A DNA stretch of 49,451 nucleotides, counting the filler, from Sphacelaria rigidula (lineage: Eukaryota), in assembly GCA_964200075.2 (NCBI GenBank). It is 3 parts of 3 records of this genome, joined end to end, with 100 filler letters (N's around TTAATTAATTAA, not from the genome) between each part and the next. Parts side by side here need not be neighbours in the genome. Positions count along the whole stretch, not along the records: positions 1 to 16,420 come from CAXNAA020001366.1; positions 16,521 to 32,936 come from CAXNAA020001367.1; 1 more part is not named here. One strand, 5' to 3'. Numbering within the stretch: position 1 is the stretch's first letter; every line of letters begins with the position of its first letter. The notes beneath the pieces were generated by a model that saw nothing but the letters and a program-made list of their open reading frames with translations, made no database searches and was not told where the DNA came from. The position numbers and the translations under genes are program-made. This document shows, in pieces, positions 12,187 to 24,081 of the stretch.

Positions 12187-15100
12187 TTGGTACCGACCAG
12201 GGTTTCGGCAGGTGTGGTGCCTGCCGATCGCAACGCTGAGTGTTTACGCGCAGATCTCTCCTTGCCTGGTTCCGTAGGTTCGTCCATGACCCGCGTTATT
12301 CTGGATTCTGGGTCCGCGCTCACGTCGATCGGTGTGGGGTTGCTGGAACAAATGTCTTCGCAGTTTGGTGGCGCTCAGCTGCAGTTTCCGTTCGAAAATG
12401 GACCGCAAATGGCGCAGACCGCCACGGGTACTCCCGTGACTGGTACTCATAAAACGGTGCGGATTGCTGGTAGCGTGCGTACGCCGTGGGGGGCTGTGGA
12501 GTTGCAGCCCATCACGTTCGCTGTCATGCCCGGCAGGTAGAATGTGGTTCTGTTTGGGATGGCGATGATGAAGGAGCTCGGGATCGATTTGTATCCGCTA
12601 GCGTTGGATAAGTCACGCCCGCGTGCTGTGCCGGTGCAAAACGGCGTGAAAAATTCCAGCTGTCTTGCTGCGAGGCGTGTGACCGTATCCAGACGGTCGT
12701 TCCAGAGAGCCAATGAGGAGGAGGCTCCTGCGGATGCAGTAGTGGAGCGCTTGGTCGATCTGGGCCCCGAAATGTTCATGGACCCTGCGGAGGAGAGAGG
12801 TGTCGGAGAACGTGCGCTAGAGGATAGCGTGCAGCAGGCTGAGTAGAAGGGCCTGAGCGCCGATGGCGCATATCGTCTGCGTGATATTTTGGCTCGTCGC
12901 GAGGATATCTTCCGTCGTGCGCTGCGTGATGACCCACCAGCGCGCGTGAAGCGAACGAGGGTACAGTTCAAGCCACAGGCCAACGCTGGGAAGGCCAAGC
13001 CTCGCCGTTACGATCTGGTGAAGACCGGGTGGCTTGCTTCATGCATCGCAGCTTTGGTGGCGTTTGGTTCATTGGTTAGGAACATTCAGGCTGTGTGGGC
13101 GAGTCCCGCGATGGCGGTGCCGAAGCGGGACTCATTCCGCTTGGTCAGCGACTACCAGGCGGTGAACGCGTAGATGAAATAGTCTCCGGGGGTGATGCCA
13201 AGCCAAGAAGACATGCGGGAGTTGCTGGGAGCCCAATGCTTCGGCAAGTTGGACCTGCTCCAGGGGTATTGGGAGATGCCTCTAGCGCCTGGGGCTCAGG
13301 AGATCTTTACGATCGTCACGCCTGACTGTTTGTTTACGCCTACTCGTGTCTCGCAGGGCGTTGTGAACGCCATGGCATATTTCCATGGTGTGCTGAGTGA
13401 CATCTTGCGAGGTCTAAATTGTAAAGTGTGGGTGGATGACGTTTTATATTTTGCTGAAACCGAAGAAGCATTGCTAGATTTGCTTGACAAAATTCTTGGC
13501 CACCTGGAGAGTGTTGGTCTGTTCGTCGCTGCGCATAAGTGCACCTTTTTTGCCCGCGAAATGGTTTGGTGAGGTAAGGTGTACTCCAATGGTACTGTTT
13601 CGCATGATCCCGTCTGCATCCAAGGTTTGAGCAAAATGCGACGTCCTCAAACCGCTAGTGAGTTGACGCAGTTTCTGCAGGCGGTGAACTGGTTGCGAAC
13701 TTTGCTCCCGCGCATGGCGGAAGTAGTGGCGCCACTTCGTGCGTGTTTGGAACAACTTTTGGTATGGGCTTCGCGTTGGGCCAAGCGGGTGGCGCATAAT
13801 CGTATTATCCCGGAGAATGCTTGGACCGTGGGTCGTGTGCGGGCATGGCGTGCTGCGCGAGATTTGGTGGCGCAAGCGGTGCCGCTTGATCATCCTCGTC
13901 GAGGGTGCATCGTTCTGATGTTTCCGGTTGCTTCGGATCTCCACTGGGATAGTTTTTTAACGCATGTGCCTGTCGCCGAGTTTAGTAGTGACATTGCGCT
14001 CGAAACGTTGGCTTTTCTGAGTGGTAGCTTCAAGGGTCCAGCGGTGGGCGACAGTGGACGAAGAAGGTTTCGCGATAGTCAACACATTTCGAAGGCTAGA
14101 GTGCTTGCTTTGAGGTGGTGTTCGCATTTTCACCGATCATCGCAATCTGAAACACATTTTTAACCCTAAAGAGTGTGTCACATCGATGATGAAGTCTATG
14201 GCGCAACGGCTTGAAAATTGGAAAGGAGTGCTGGGCCAATATCGGTATGCCATTGAACACATTCCTGAAGAGCGCAATTGTTCGGGAGATTTGTTGTCTC
14301 GCTGGGTGAAGATTCCTACCGTGCCTCTTCGCTCTGTTGTCGTGCTCAGCCCGTGTGATGCCGATGATTCGCTGCCCTAGTTAGATGTCATTCGTACCAC
14401 GCAGCGCAACACAGTCGGCGACGGTGTTCATTCTTTTCCTACGACTTTCATTCAAGCTGCCTTCGCTGACGATGGTTTGTTTCGCGTGCGGGTTTGCCGT
14501 AGTGATAGTTTGTGGATTCCGTCGAATGGTAAGGGTCTACGAATTCGCTTGATGGTTTGCGCTCACATGTGGTCGGCTTGTCACCGTGGTGTGGCGCCGA
14601 CTCTGTTTCGTTTGAAAGAATACTGTGTGTGGCCTCAGATGGATTCCCACCTTCGCGAGTTTGTTCGCCAGTGTTTGCATTGTGTAGACACTCGTGCTGG
14701 TGAGATATACCTCGTCCGTATGGCGATACTGTGCATGGTACTGCGCCAGGTGAAGTTGTTCACTTTGGTTTTCTGTACGTCGGCAGTAGCGGACCTGAAG
14801 GTGCTAATGGTCTGCCTGAGGAGGATGGTTTTCGGTACCTTTTGGTGATCATGGATGATTTGTCCGATTTCGTTCGCTCCGAGCCGACCGAGACTTGAAC
14901 CGCCGAGGTTACGGCTAAGCACTTGATGCATAGGTGCAAGAATTTGGGGGTGCCGCGTGTGTGGATTAGTGATGCTGCCACGCAGTTCAAGGATCGAGTG
15001 ATCGCGCAGCTGAGCGACGCGCTCAAGGTGCAACACCAATTTGCTGTTGCGTATACCCCTCGGTCGAATGGTGCTTGTGAACGCATGGTGAAAGAGGTTG

Positions 15101-15913
15101 TTCGTGCGTTGCGGTCCATTTTTTCACAACAGAGACGCTCGGCGTTTGAATTGGTTGATGTTTTGCCAGCTGCTCAGAGGGCGTTGAATACTCATTTTCA
15201 TGAACGCTACCGTGACACTCCGTATTGTGTGATGTTTAGGCGTGCGCTGCGTACAGCGATTTCCGCGCTGGCTTCTGTCTCTGGCGGCGAGTGGAACGTT
15301 GATATCATGGATGCTGATACGTTGCGTGACGAGGTTCGAGGCGTTGTTGACGAGCAAGTGTTATTTTGTAACGAAGCGCAAGCTGCTGTCGCGGTGTCTC
15401 ACGAAACCAAACAGAAGCTTGCTCAGGGCCAGGCTGTGTTGCCCAAGTTTGCAGTTGGATATTTAGTCTTGTATGCCCGTGTTCGTAGGCAAGGTGTGAC
15501 GCCAAAGTTGATGTCCACATGGATAGGTCCGTGGCGAGTGTTCGGAGCCGATCACGCTCAGGCGTATTCGGTGCAGTGTTTCCGGTGCCGTACACTCGGC
15601 TCATGTCGCTCGTTTGCGTTTCTATGCTGACTCGCAGTTGCACATCACTGCGGAACTAAGAAATGTATTTCAGCATTCGTATGCTCAGGGTGAATGTCGG
15701 ATGGATGCTTTGGTACACATCGCTGAGAATGACAATGGCGATGTCATTGTTTTGGTCGATTGGGATGGGTTCGATGCTGAAGAACGTACGTGGGAGTCTC
15801 TTCGCAACATTCGTTCTTCTGCGTCTGAATTTGTTTCGAAGGAGCTGCGTAAACTGCGATTGACTCGGGCCCTGACAAGTAAATTTGCGTCGGAGTATGG
15901 TATTTCTTTGTGA
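12187..15913 (+). pseudogene. Disrupted pol (aspartic protease, RT, RNase H, integrase, chromodomain)
   Basis: Protease VILDSGS (~12295). RT motifs WASPAMAVPK, LDLLQGYWEM and VWVDDV (13095-13572). RNase H region ASDLHW...DLLSR. Integrase HxxxxxHRG...CLHC, WISD and YTPRSNGACERM. Chromodomain LVDWDGFDAEERTWE (15614-15913). In-frame stops at 12538, 12844, 13171, 13570 and 14378. Confidence 0.93.
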
Positions 15914-15988
15914 TCTGGCGCATGCGATTTTGCCTTGGTTTTTGTTGGTTGTCAAGCTCGTTCATCTGTCTTGAACTCGCTTTGAGGG

Positions 15989-16263
15989 TGCTGTAGCCGA
16001 ATGATACCAAGCCGTAAGGTTTCAGTATGATCGCATGCATTATTGAAGCAGTGGCAGAGGACAGGGGATCCTGGTTTGATGGCCCTTTTCTGTGTGGCCC
16101 CTCGCTGTCTGGCTCGTGATCTGTCGAGGATTACTCCGTGATGATAAAAAGCTAAAAGAAAGGACTGGTCGAGCACGAGGCCAGTGATACTGGAGGAGTC
16201 CCTCGCGGAAAGCCCTCTTGTCTAAATCGTCTGAAAGAGGCTATAAGGGTAAAATGTTATTCA
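15989..16263 (+). repeat. 3' LTR
   Basis: TGCTGTAGCC...TTATTCA (TG...CA ends), preceded by a short purine tract GAGGG. Confidence 0.9.
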
Positions 16264-16420
16264 ACTGTCCACATTTCTTAAATGAAACAAGCCAACTTCC
16301 GCAACCTTTCTTGCCTCCAGCGGCGTTCCCGCGAGCCCCCCCCCACCATGGTGAGACACCCATGAGACAGTGTATAAGCTATTGCTGTCTCTGGAAGTGG
16401 CGATACCAGAAAATAAAGCA

Positions 16421-16520
16421 NNNNNNNNNNNNNNNNNNNNNNNNNNNNNNNNNNNNNNNNNNNNTTAATTAATTAANNNNNNNNNNNNNNNNNNNNNNNN
16501 NNNNNNNNNNNNNNNNNNNN
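16421..16520. other. Artificial contig-joining linker
   Basis: 44 N + TTAATTAATTAA (stops in all six frames) + 44 N. Confidence 0.97.
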
Positions 16521-16650
16521 CCGGCTACTCACCCTTCTCAGCGATACAGTATGGGATGGGGGAGGGGCACAGATTGGAAAAAAAAAAAAAAAAAATCGTA
16601 CAAACCATCTCGATACACAAAACCTCTCTGAGGTTTTTCTGGCGCTTATT

Positions 16651-17007
16651 ATCGCCTGAGTGGCTGAGTGTGCAACCTTCAAACCTTCCTCTGACGGCTG
16701 GGACGTGGGTTCAAATCTCGATGAAGTCATACGATCTGGGAGTTTTTCTCACACCATGTCCAACAGTTGAGAGTGACTATGTCGTGGGTACACAACTTTC
16801 GACGTCACGGTCGACGAGTGAAAGAGAACGCTGGACCCCTCTCGCGATGAAAAAGAAGGCAAGCACCGCAGAACGACGATGGATTACTGAGGGAAAAAAA
16901 CTCCAGTGTCGCCCTTCGTCCTGTGTGACCCCGCCCGATGTGCCCACGCATTCCAGGAGGGGTAGATTGGCGTCCAGAATAGAGGGAATGGCAACACACG
17001 CACACAC
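16651..17007 (+). mobile_element. tRNA-derived SINE, family A, copy 1
   Basis: A-box-like TGGCTGAGTG, B-box GGTTCAAATC, ~350-nt body and (CA)n tail. Homologous to 20011-20388, 45503-45860 and 31655-31838 (reverse). Confidence 0.8.
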
Positions 17008-17166
17008 TTCCTCGTGAATCGAGAGGAAAAAAAAGTAATCGTCATCTTCCAAAATCGTACAAACGCCCCCGGTTTACAGAAGAAAAGCGCATGAAATTTA
17101 AATTTTGTGCGTGAAGTTATTTGCTGTGAATCAATCGGGAAGGCTTTCGTACGATCTTGCACTTAC

Positions 17167-17235
17167 TTCTTCTCCCCCTCCGACAAAACTGCACCAAGCG
17201 AAAACCGCTGCTGTGCGCCCGAATCTTCTTAGAAG
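17167..17235 (-). CDS. Possible second exon of the unidentified gene
   Basis: Acceptor TTCTTCTCTACAG and donor A|GTAAGT. The 69 nt stay open in the phase left by the large exon (ASKKIRAHSSGFRLVQFCRRGRR). No homology support. Confidence 0.35.
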
Positions 17236-18138
17236 CTGTAGAGAAGAACACGTCATCTCGAGGAGACAGTATCTTCCCAACCGCATTTTTCACTTATACG
17301 CGAAAAAAAGCTCCTGGACGGCCGGGTACGCATTTTTCATCAGTTGGTACTTCTGGCCTCGTATAAAGTAATACGTGCTTGCAGTAAAAGTGGGTGGCTC
17401 AACTCGCAGGAAAATGACAATGGTTAACCCGACAAGGTTTCGTTTGAATTTGAGAACAAACTGAGCAACATCATCGGGGGCTGATTAATCAGTAAGCGGG
17501 TCATATGGGATGGTCAAGGGGGGAAAATGATATCCCCCCAAAAAAGGCAGAGCATGCGCAGAGAAGAGCGGAACGGAAGAAGGGGGGGCAGCAGAGTGGA
17601 AAACTGCAGATACAGAAAAAACGATAGTTAGGACCGAGGATGAGACGACTAGGCAGCAGAAGCCGAACAACGCGTAAACTACACGAGACATATCAGGAAT
17701 CAGGTAAGAAGCATTGATCATCAGATTGAGACCAACTTTCAACGTTTCGGTAACGTCAAGACCGAGCGAACCCAGCGAAACAGACAGCAACAACAGTTTT
17801 TCCACGAAAATTTAACAAAAAACGAAAAACAGAAAAAAACGAGTATTTGCAATCAAGACGATAAAGGCTCAAAGAGAGGCCAATGTTGCAGTGTCTGGAC
17901 GTTTACTTTTTCCCCGAGTATCAACATCATTTTTCGCGAAACGCAAATCAGCTTTGATTCCACCTACATAAATACAGTACAGGCTGCCAACAACCATCGA
18001 CGGACATTAAGTAGCCTCGTAGTTTTGCAAACCTTTCACACATCGCGATGATTCGTCCTAACCGTGAAAAGAAGCAATACTCAGGTAAGCTCATGAGGTG
18101 TCCGGCGTGTCAATCCTTTCGTTGGGTATCGATCTTAC

Positions 18139-19345
18139 CGATGAACAGGGTTCCATCAGAAAAAGTGCTCGGTGCACATGCATTTATCCACACCTTTTCA
18201 TGGAGCGGAGCGGGACCAACCACCTGCAGGAAGAGAAACGTTCCCTTTTCAGCCGGCCGAGGACTGATACTGCCCTTCGACCAAGAGCCGTCGCTTTCGG
18301 CACCAGACGCGGGGGTAGAACTAGAACAATCCGCAGAAGCGGCGTTAGCAGACGCACCGTCAGAACCACCGCTTTCTCTCTCAGCCCCGACGGACTTGAC
18401 ACCATCGCGACTACTCCTACCACTCTGGAGAGCACCGACGACAGGATTCGGAGCCTGTACCGCATCTGCTGTCGTTGACCGACTTCCTCCATGCTTCCGA
18501 TTTCCTGGCCGTGCCGGATTGACTGCTTGGGCCGGATTTCTCGGATGCACTGGATCTTCTGCCCGCGCCGGGTTACCAACCTGTACCGGATTATTCCCAT
18601 TCGTCGTATTTGTCGATGGTGCTAAGGACGAACCCGGTGGTGTCAGGGTCGGGCGCTCGGCAAGTTCGGTGCGGAAACTCCCACTGCCTCTATCGTCAAT
18701 ACTGTCACCGCTGTTAGTCCGTTCCGTGATGGCCATCGCAGCCGTTGTACGATGCGACGAAGAGCTGCTGCTCACCTCTGCCGCCACCTCCGAGCCTTCT
18801 TTCTTCTCCTCTTGTTTTTCCGGCGCAACAGGAGGAGACGGCAGCGGCACCGCTACAGAAACTCCGGCCTTGTCTTCTTTTTCTTCTGGTCGCATCGATG
18901 ACCACGGCGGGATGCCCCTAGTGCGAGCGGCGCTCTCCTCATCTACGACGGGGTCTACTACGACTACGCCGTCGCCTGCCTCGACCTGTGTCGCCGCAGC
19001 GGGAGGCGGCGGTAACGATGCACAGGTTTCCACGGGTGAGGCCTGAGCCTCAGAAACCTGGCCTACTTCCTGTGGCTGAGATGCCACCCCTGCGATGCGT
19101 GGTTGAGATGCGACTCCCGCACCAGCATCCACTGCGCCATCGTTCTCTTTTCCCCCCTCCGAAGCGGCGAAGGCGGGTGGCGCCGATGCACAGGTGGTCG
19201 TGATGGAAGCCGCTCCCGCCGGTTCGGGCTGAGACGCTGCTGCGTCTAGCGCCTGTGATTGAGATTCCAGTAGTACTACCTCCTGTGGCTGAGGAGCCGG
19301 TCTCACCGCCTGTGGTTGGAACACATCACCAGTCCCTTCTGACAT
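18139..19345 (-). CDS. Large first exon of an unidentified protein with a long Ala/Ser/Pro/Glu-rich low-complexity region
   Basis: 411-codon GC-rich ORF (18110-19345) with an in-frame stop 5 codons before the ATG. A consensus donor ATC G|GTAAGA at 18139/18138 lies just before the ORF stop. No family recognised. Confidence 0.6.
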
Positions 19346-20010
19346 GAACCCGTGAGGGGATCAGGAATAAACCGTATTCTGAAAAAAAAAAAGTCGACGT
19401 CGCCGCTTCTGAGTGTGCGTCTCCCGCAAAGAGCTCCCTGACCGGGTGATCAAGCCTACTTGCCGCCGCTTGTTCCTGGGTTTTCGCTCTCGGGCGACGT
19501 GGAGTCGCCTTCTTTGTTCACGTTTCAATTGTTTGCTCCTTCCAATTATCGTGTCTCTGCTCCTCAATCGATCCACTCCTTGTGCTTCTGCCCCCCCCCC
19601 TCCCCCCCTCCATTAAACCATGGCAACTCCCTTAATATGTCTTACTTTCGCCAGGTCCGCTATGAAAACAAGAAAGGGACGAAGCGAGCGAGCGAGTGAG
19701 CACAGGCACAGAAACATCCATTCGATGTTGTCAGAAATGTTGCGCAAAACAAAATATGTCAGAATGGATTCCATCGGTGGCACAAGGCGAAAAACGGATT
19801 ACAAACTGCTGACATTTTTCTCCCCTGAATAAAGGACACTACAATATTAACCCGTCTGTCGCCCGGATCCCTAGTTGAACGCTAGACGAATGGGCTTTTC
19901 GGGAGGAGGGAATTCGGAACAGTTTTAGTGGTCAAGAGAAAACGCCTACATACGGAAAAGGCACTACCACGCATGTGCCGGGGACCCCGATTATTCGTAT
20001 GCACGCCGTT

Positions 20011-20388
20011 GTCGCCCCTCTGGCTCAGTTGGTCACCTTGAAACCGTCTGACTGATGGGGCGTGGGTTCAAATTTCGGTGAAGTCACAAGATGTGGCATT
20101 TTTTTCACATTCTGCTCAACCGTGGAGCGACCATGTCATGAGTACACAAGGTTCGACTTCATGGTCGACGAGTAAAAAGGAACCGCCGAATTCTCCTCGC
20201 GAATGAAAGAGGAATGCAAGCAGCGCAGAGGGAGGGTAGATTACTAAAACTAAATGAATAATAATGACGCCTGCGTGTGACCTTTCACCTGTGTTATCCC
20301 CGCTGATACGCCTACATGCCACATTCTGTAAACCGAAAGGTGTAGACTAACGTTCGGAATAGGTGGTATGGCAACACACAACACACAC
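20011..20388 (+). mobile_element. tRNA-derived SINE, family A, copy 2
   Basis: TGGCTCAGTTGG A-box, GGTTCAAAT B-box, shared GGTCGACGAG...GCAAGCA.CGCAGA body and CA-rich tail. Confidence 0.8.
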
Positions 20389-20562
20389 GACACTACCACC
20401 GGCACATTGCCGCGGCAGCACAGCAACACACTAGTCGGGGTGATCGCGCCGTCAGCAAATATGACCCACACATGCGCGAAGGCATTTATCATTCAGCACA
20501 CAGCAAGCAGAATGATGCACGCACCACAAAAGGCGGTGGTAAGCTTCCACTTATTTTATTTT

Positions 20563-20879
20563 TTGTCGCACTTCGAACCCCTCCCCTTCCTCGGGACGAG
20601 TCCGTGGTCTATCAGTCTCAACGGATCAACCCATCTCTCCCCGGTACACGCCTTGCATTTTGGTCTCGCAGATTGGGTCATGACTATCAGCACTCCCGCA
20701 CCGCGTCAGCTCTTGTCAAACAAACTCAGTCAACTTTTTCTTGTTTGCTCACGTACTCACGCTTCCGACGGTGAAAGTCACATACTTCGGAAAAAAAACT
20801 CAACGCATCGTGAATCGAACAGACGTTCTCTGCACCCTAACGGTGACAGTCGGACAGCTTTAATTTAGATACCGGGGCG
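20563..20879 (-). mobile_element. tRNA-derived SINE, family B
   Basis: Homologous to 28219-28532, 22216-22400 (partial), 33290-33490 (opposite strand), 3025-3110 (tail) and 32897-32936 (head cut by the contig end). tRNA-like head with GTTCGA on the - strand. Confidence 0.72.
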
Positions 20880-21351
20880 CAGCCGAGTTACGTTAGTGGT
20901 ACGTCGTGGTAAAAGGCTGCTACAGTGTCTTTTACTGGCTGAAGCTTTTGGTTTCGCATCACCCCCCGCTAACCAACCACCCATGTCCAAAATCTAGCGT
21001 CTATTTTACGCTTAAAAGGGTTATCCTCCCGAAGCACCTGGCGGGACCTTTACCAGACAACATCCCGGAAAGGAAACGTCGGCGATCAAACCGGTTAAAT
21101 GGAAGCTGAAACGCTCGGTGACCATCATGGCAAGAGTAATGCAAAAGAGAAAGACTTCAGCGAACTCGCGTACAGCAGGTTTTTTTCATGGTTGAGGAAG
21201 TAGGTTTCTACGCTTTTCACGTCCATGCGGGGGGTAGCACATCGTTCTCAGTTATTGACACTGTACCCCTTCCTCCCACCCATTCCGTCGCCCTTGTCTG
21301 GCCTGATCAACCCTTCGTTTCCATTGCCAGCCCACCTCATATAGTAGTTTA

Positions 21352-22100
21352 CAGCTGAAATAGAGGATTTTTGTAATTATTCCGTAGTTGGCAATTTTCA
21401 ATGTTTTTTCGCGTACCACAGCTCATCCCAGTGATCACTTGGTCACAACGTTTGAGAATCGGCAAATTCTCGACATCCGCTTCACATTCCGAAACGAAAA
21501 TCGTCTTGGCGCTCAATACTGAACAACGTACGATGTGAGTTGGCAGGGGGGTGCAATTCGCCGTTCTTGGTCCAAAGCACATATCTTTTCGGCTCTGGCG
21601 CAGTAAATAGGTGAAAAAAAATAAAGTAGGGGTTCGTAAGATCATTCCTGAGTAATCGGAATTATTTCACCTCGCCAGTGCTACGCAGAGCTCGGTTGGG
21701 CAATTTTTGTTTTTGGGTACTTTTCTGGAGTTCCTCGTGTAACGTTCGTTCTTAGCTATCGAAAGTCCTAGCATCGAGAGATATTGGAAAGAGACGGAGG
21801 GCGTGCTCAGAACGCAATCCTCAATTGGTGTTGTCGGGGTGATACGGCCTAAGTACCTTGTTCATCAGGGAGTGTTATCGACCGTCACTGGCCCAAAACA
21901 CACACAGTTTTTCGGCTCTAGCGCAATAAATAGGTAGAAATAAAGAAAACACACACACACACAAATTCATTTTCAGTTATTCACGAAAGCGATTGGGATT
22001 GCTTCAATGGACCAAAATCACTGAAGGGTCAGAAGCTGGGGCTGGGTAGGCGCAGGACCCCCCGAAAACCGGTCAGTCTGTGGGTCATTCAACAATGAGC
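21352..22100. mobile_element. Non-autonomous TIR element (CAGCTGAAAT family), truncated copy
   Basis: Starts TA-CAGCTGAAATAG. Colinear with 26350-26590 plus 27140-27560. Confidence 0.7.
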
Positions 22101-23689
22101 CCCCCCAATTTGGCATAGATTCGGATCCCGACGGATTCGGGGTTAGTCCCCATAAAAAATGGCCTTACCAAGAACTAACCCAAATATCCCCCGCCTTGAA
22201 ATGTGACGTCGAACACTGGATCATGACTATCAGCATTCCCGCACGGCGTAGACCCTCGTCAAATAAACTCTGTTCGCTACTCACGTCTTGACGTTTTCGA
22301 CGACGGAAGTCAGAAATTTCTCAGAAACATCCAAAATTCATCTGCCGGAATGCAAACCCGCACTTTCCTCTTCACGTGTCTTCCTCGGTTGTGACCACGG
22401 GTTTGAGAGATCGGACTAATGTGCGGAAATAACAATAATTATGATAATTCTGCCGTTGCGCGTACCCGCGTTGCAACGCCTGGAAGCAAGGTTCAAGGAT
22501 TGACTCGTACGGTACGAATCAATTGCACTACAGGCAACTGATTTCAGACGAGTCGTATCATGTAATTTGTCCAACCCTTGCAAGGATGGTCACGTGAGAC
22601 GTGTGCCCCGTACGAATATGGTCATGTTACAGCGTACCTGACATGTGAAAAACCGCGGGTACGTGGGTTTCGTGCATATGTTTCCCTTTGGTGTCCTCGG
22701 TTAGGACGTGTTGACGGACACAGCAGATGCACTCAGAAACACCACAGAGACGTATCTTCGGGTACAGGGTATTTTGAATCAAGTGTGCCGCCCTACGAAA
22801 AGTTATGTCACCACTCTTGGCACAATTGCACATCACGTGTCATTTGGTACACAAGCGGTTAGGGGTACTGTGTCGCGAGTGTACAGTCTGTATACCACGA
22901 ACCCCCCTGGTTCGTACTTGTTCAAGGGATAATAGTAGTGGGCGAAGCTATCCCGTGATTTCATGTACGCCGCAGAAACGAAGACCACGATTTCCATCGA
23001 TTTTGTCGCCTATAATGTAATAGGGTAGACTTATACTGAAAACAGGTGCGGTCGAAGAAGGCGTCAACATTCAGCACCGTGCACAACACTGCACACGTGA
23101 TCGCCACGGGCATACTGTCGTCGTGAGGATACTCTTTTTTGCTGCATTGCTGCATTCTTCTCTCTCTTTTTTCGTCTTCAGGAGACAGGTAGGAACCTTT
23201 ATCATGCACGCCGCTATTTCTAGTTTCGTACACCGCTTTCAAGTGCGCTTCACCTCGCTGCCGCTTCGAATTCAGCCCTCAACCCTGATTGCCATCATGG
23301 CGGTCCGGTGTACCAGGGTGGGGGTACACCCCCACCCAGATCGTCTCGAACTTGAATGACCACCCTCACTGGGAAAACCCCCTTGTGATGTCCCGCACTT
23401 CGACTCTGAACACTTGTCACCTATTACTCTACCCATCCGGGCGTTATGTACTACTGTACTGCTGTACCATAGTATTAGTACATACTGTCTGTTACATAGC
23501 CCATGCGCGGCGTCGCATACCGCAATTTCCAAATCGGAGGCGTACGAGCTGGGCCAGGTAACAGCTTCCATTCGCGGCTGGCACGGGACGCACCGCTCAA
23601 TATTAGGATTTAGGTAACAAAATTTGACACTAAATTTCATTATAAACACGCGGAATACATTCGAACCAGCGAAGAAGAAAAGAAACGAA

Positions 23690-24081
23690 ACTCTGAGGCT
23701 GCTCCTTATAACAGACAGAAATAAAAATCTGGAAATGTGTCTTTTTGGAGCTTTTACGTCGTTACGCCTCACAAGAGAGCTAAGGGAAGTTTGACACATT
23801 GGAATGACTTGCTCTACTAGTTGAGGCGGTTCCAAGACATATTCCCCCTTTCCAGTGGCCACAGTTTCCATTTTGGGCGATCAAGAATTTTTGTCCAAGA
23901 ACGCTAAAAAACGGTCAAGTCCAGAGAAAAGTGACTAAACCGCCTCAACTAGTAGAGCAAGTAATTCCAAGGTGTCAAACTCCGCCTAGCTCTCCTTTTG
24001 GGCGTAGAACGACGTACAAGCTCCAAAAAGACAAATTTCCAGATTTTTATTTTTCTGTCTATAATAAGAAGCAGCCTGAGT
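23690..24081. mobile_element. Fold-back MITE-like element with ~140-bp inverted arms
   Basis: 23696-23831 is the reverse complement of 23938-24077 (e.g. TTGCTCTACTAGTTGAGGCGGTT / AACCGCCTCAACTAGTAGAGCAA). Spacer ~105 bp. Confidence 0.85.

Larger units (their letters stand above)
10276..16263 (+). mobile_element. Degenerate full-length Ty3/gypsy LTR retrotransposon (chromodomain-containing)
   Basis: Paired 275-bp LTRs, a PBS-like TGG directly after the 5' LTR, a gag zinc knuckle, and the gypsy domain order protease-RT-RNaseH-integrase-chromodomain. Many stops and frameshifts. Confidence 0.95.

Noticed and set aside
10272..16250. AGGGT as the target-site duplication of the LTR element
   Set aside because: LTR similarity continues past the right-hand AGGGT to TTATTCA (16263), and AGGGT also overlaps the start of the 3' LTR, so it is not a true flanking duplication.
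18139..18250. FHA domain starting at the end of the large exon (LQVVGP...LFIG)
   Set aside because: Only a superficial resemblance. The best candidate next exon does not supply the GR and SxxH motifs.
18048..19046. 332-aa plus-strand ORF
   Set aside because: It is the antisense shadow of the GC-rich minus-strand ORF and has no recognisable motif.
23182..23557. Plus-strand micro-exon (23182-23188) and small exon (23500-23557) with plausible splice signals
   Set aside because: No recognisable protein sequence and no gene to attach them to; such signals arise by chance.
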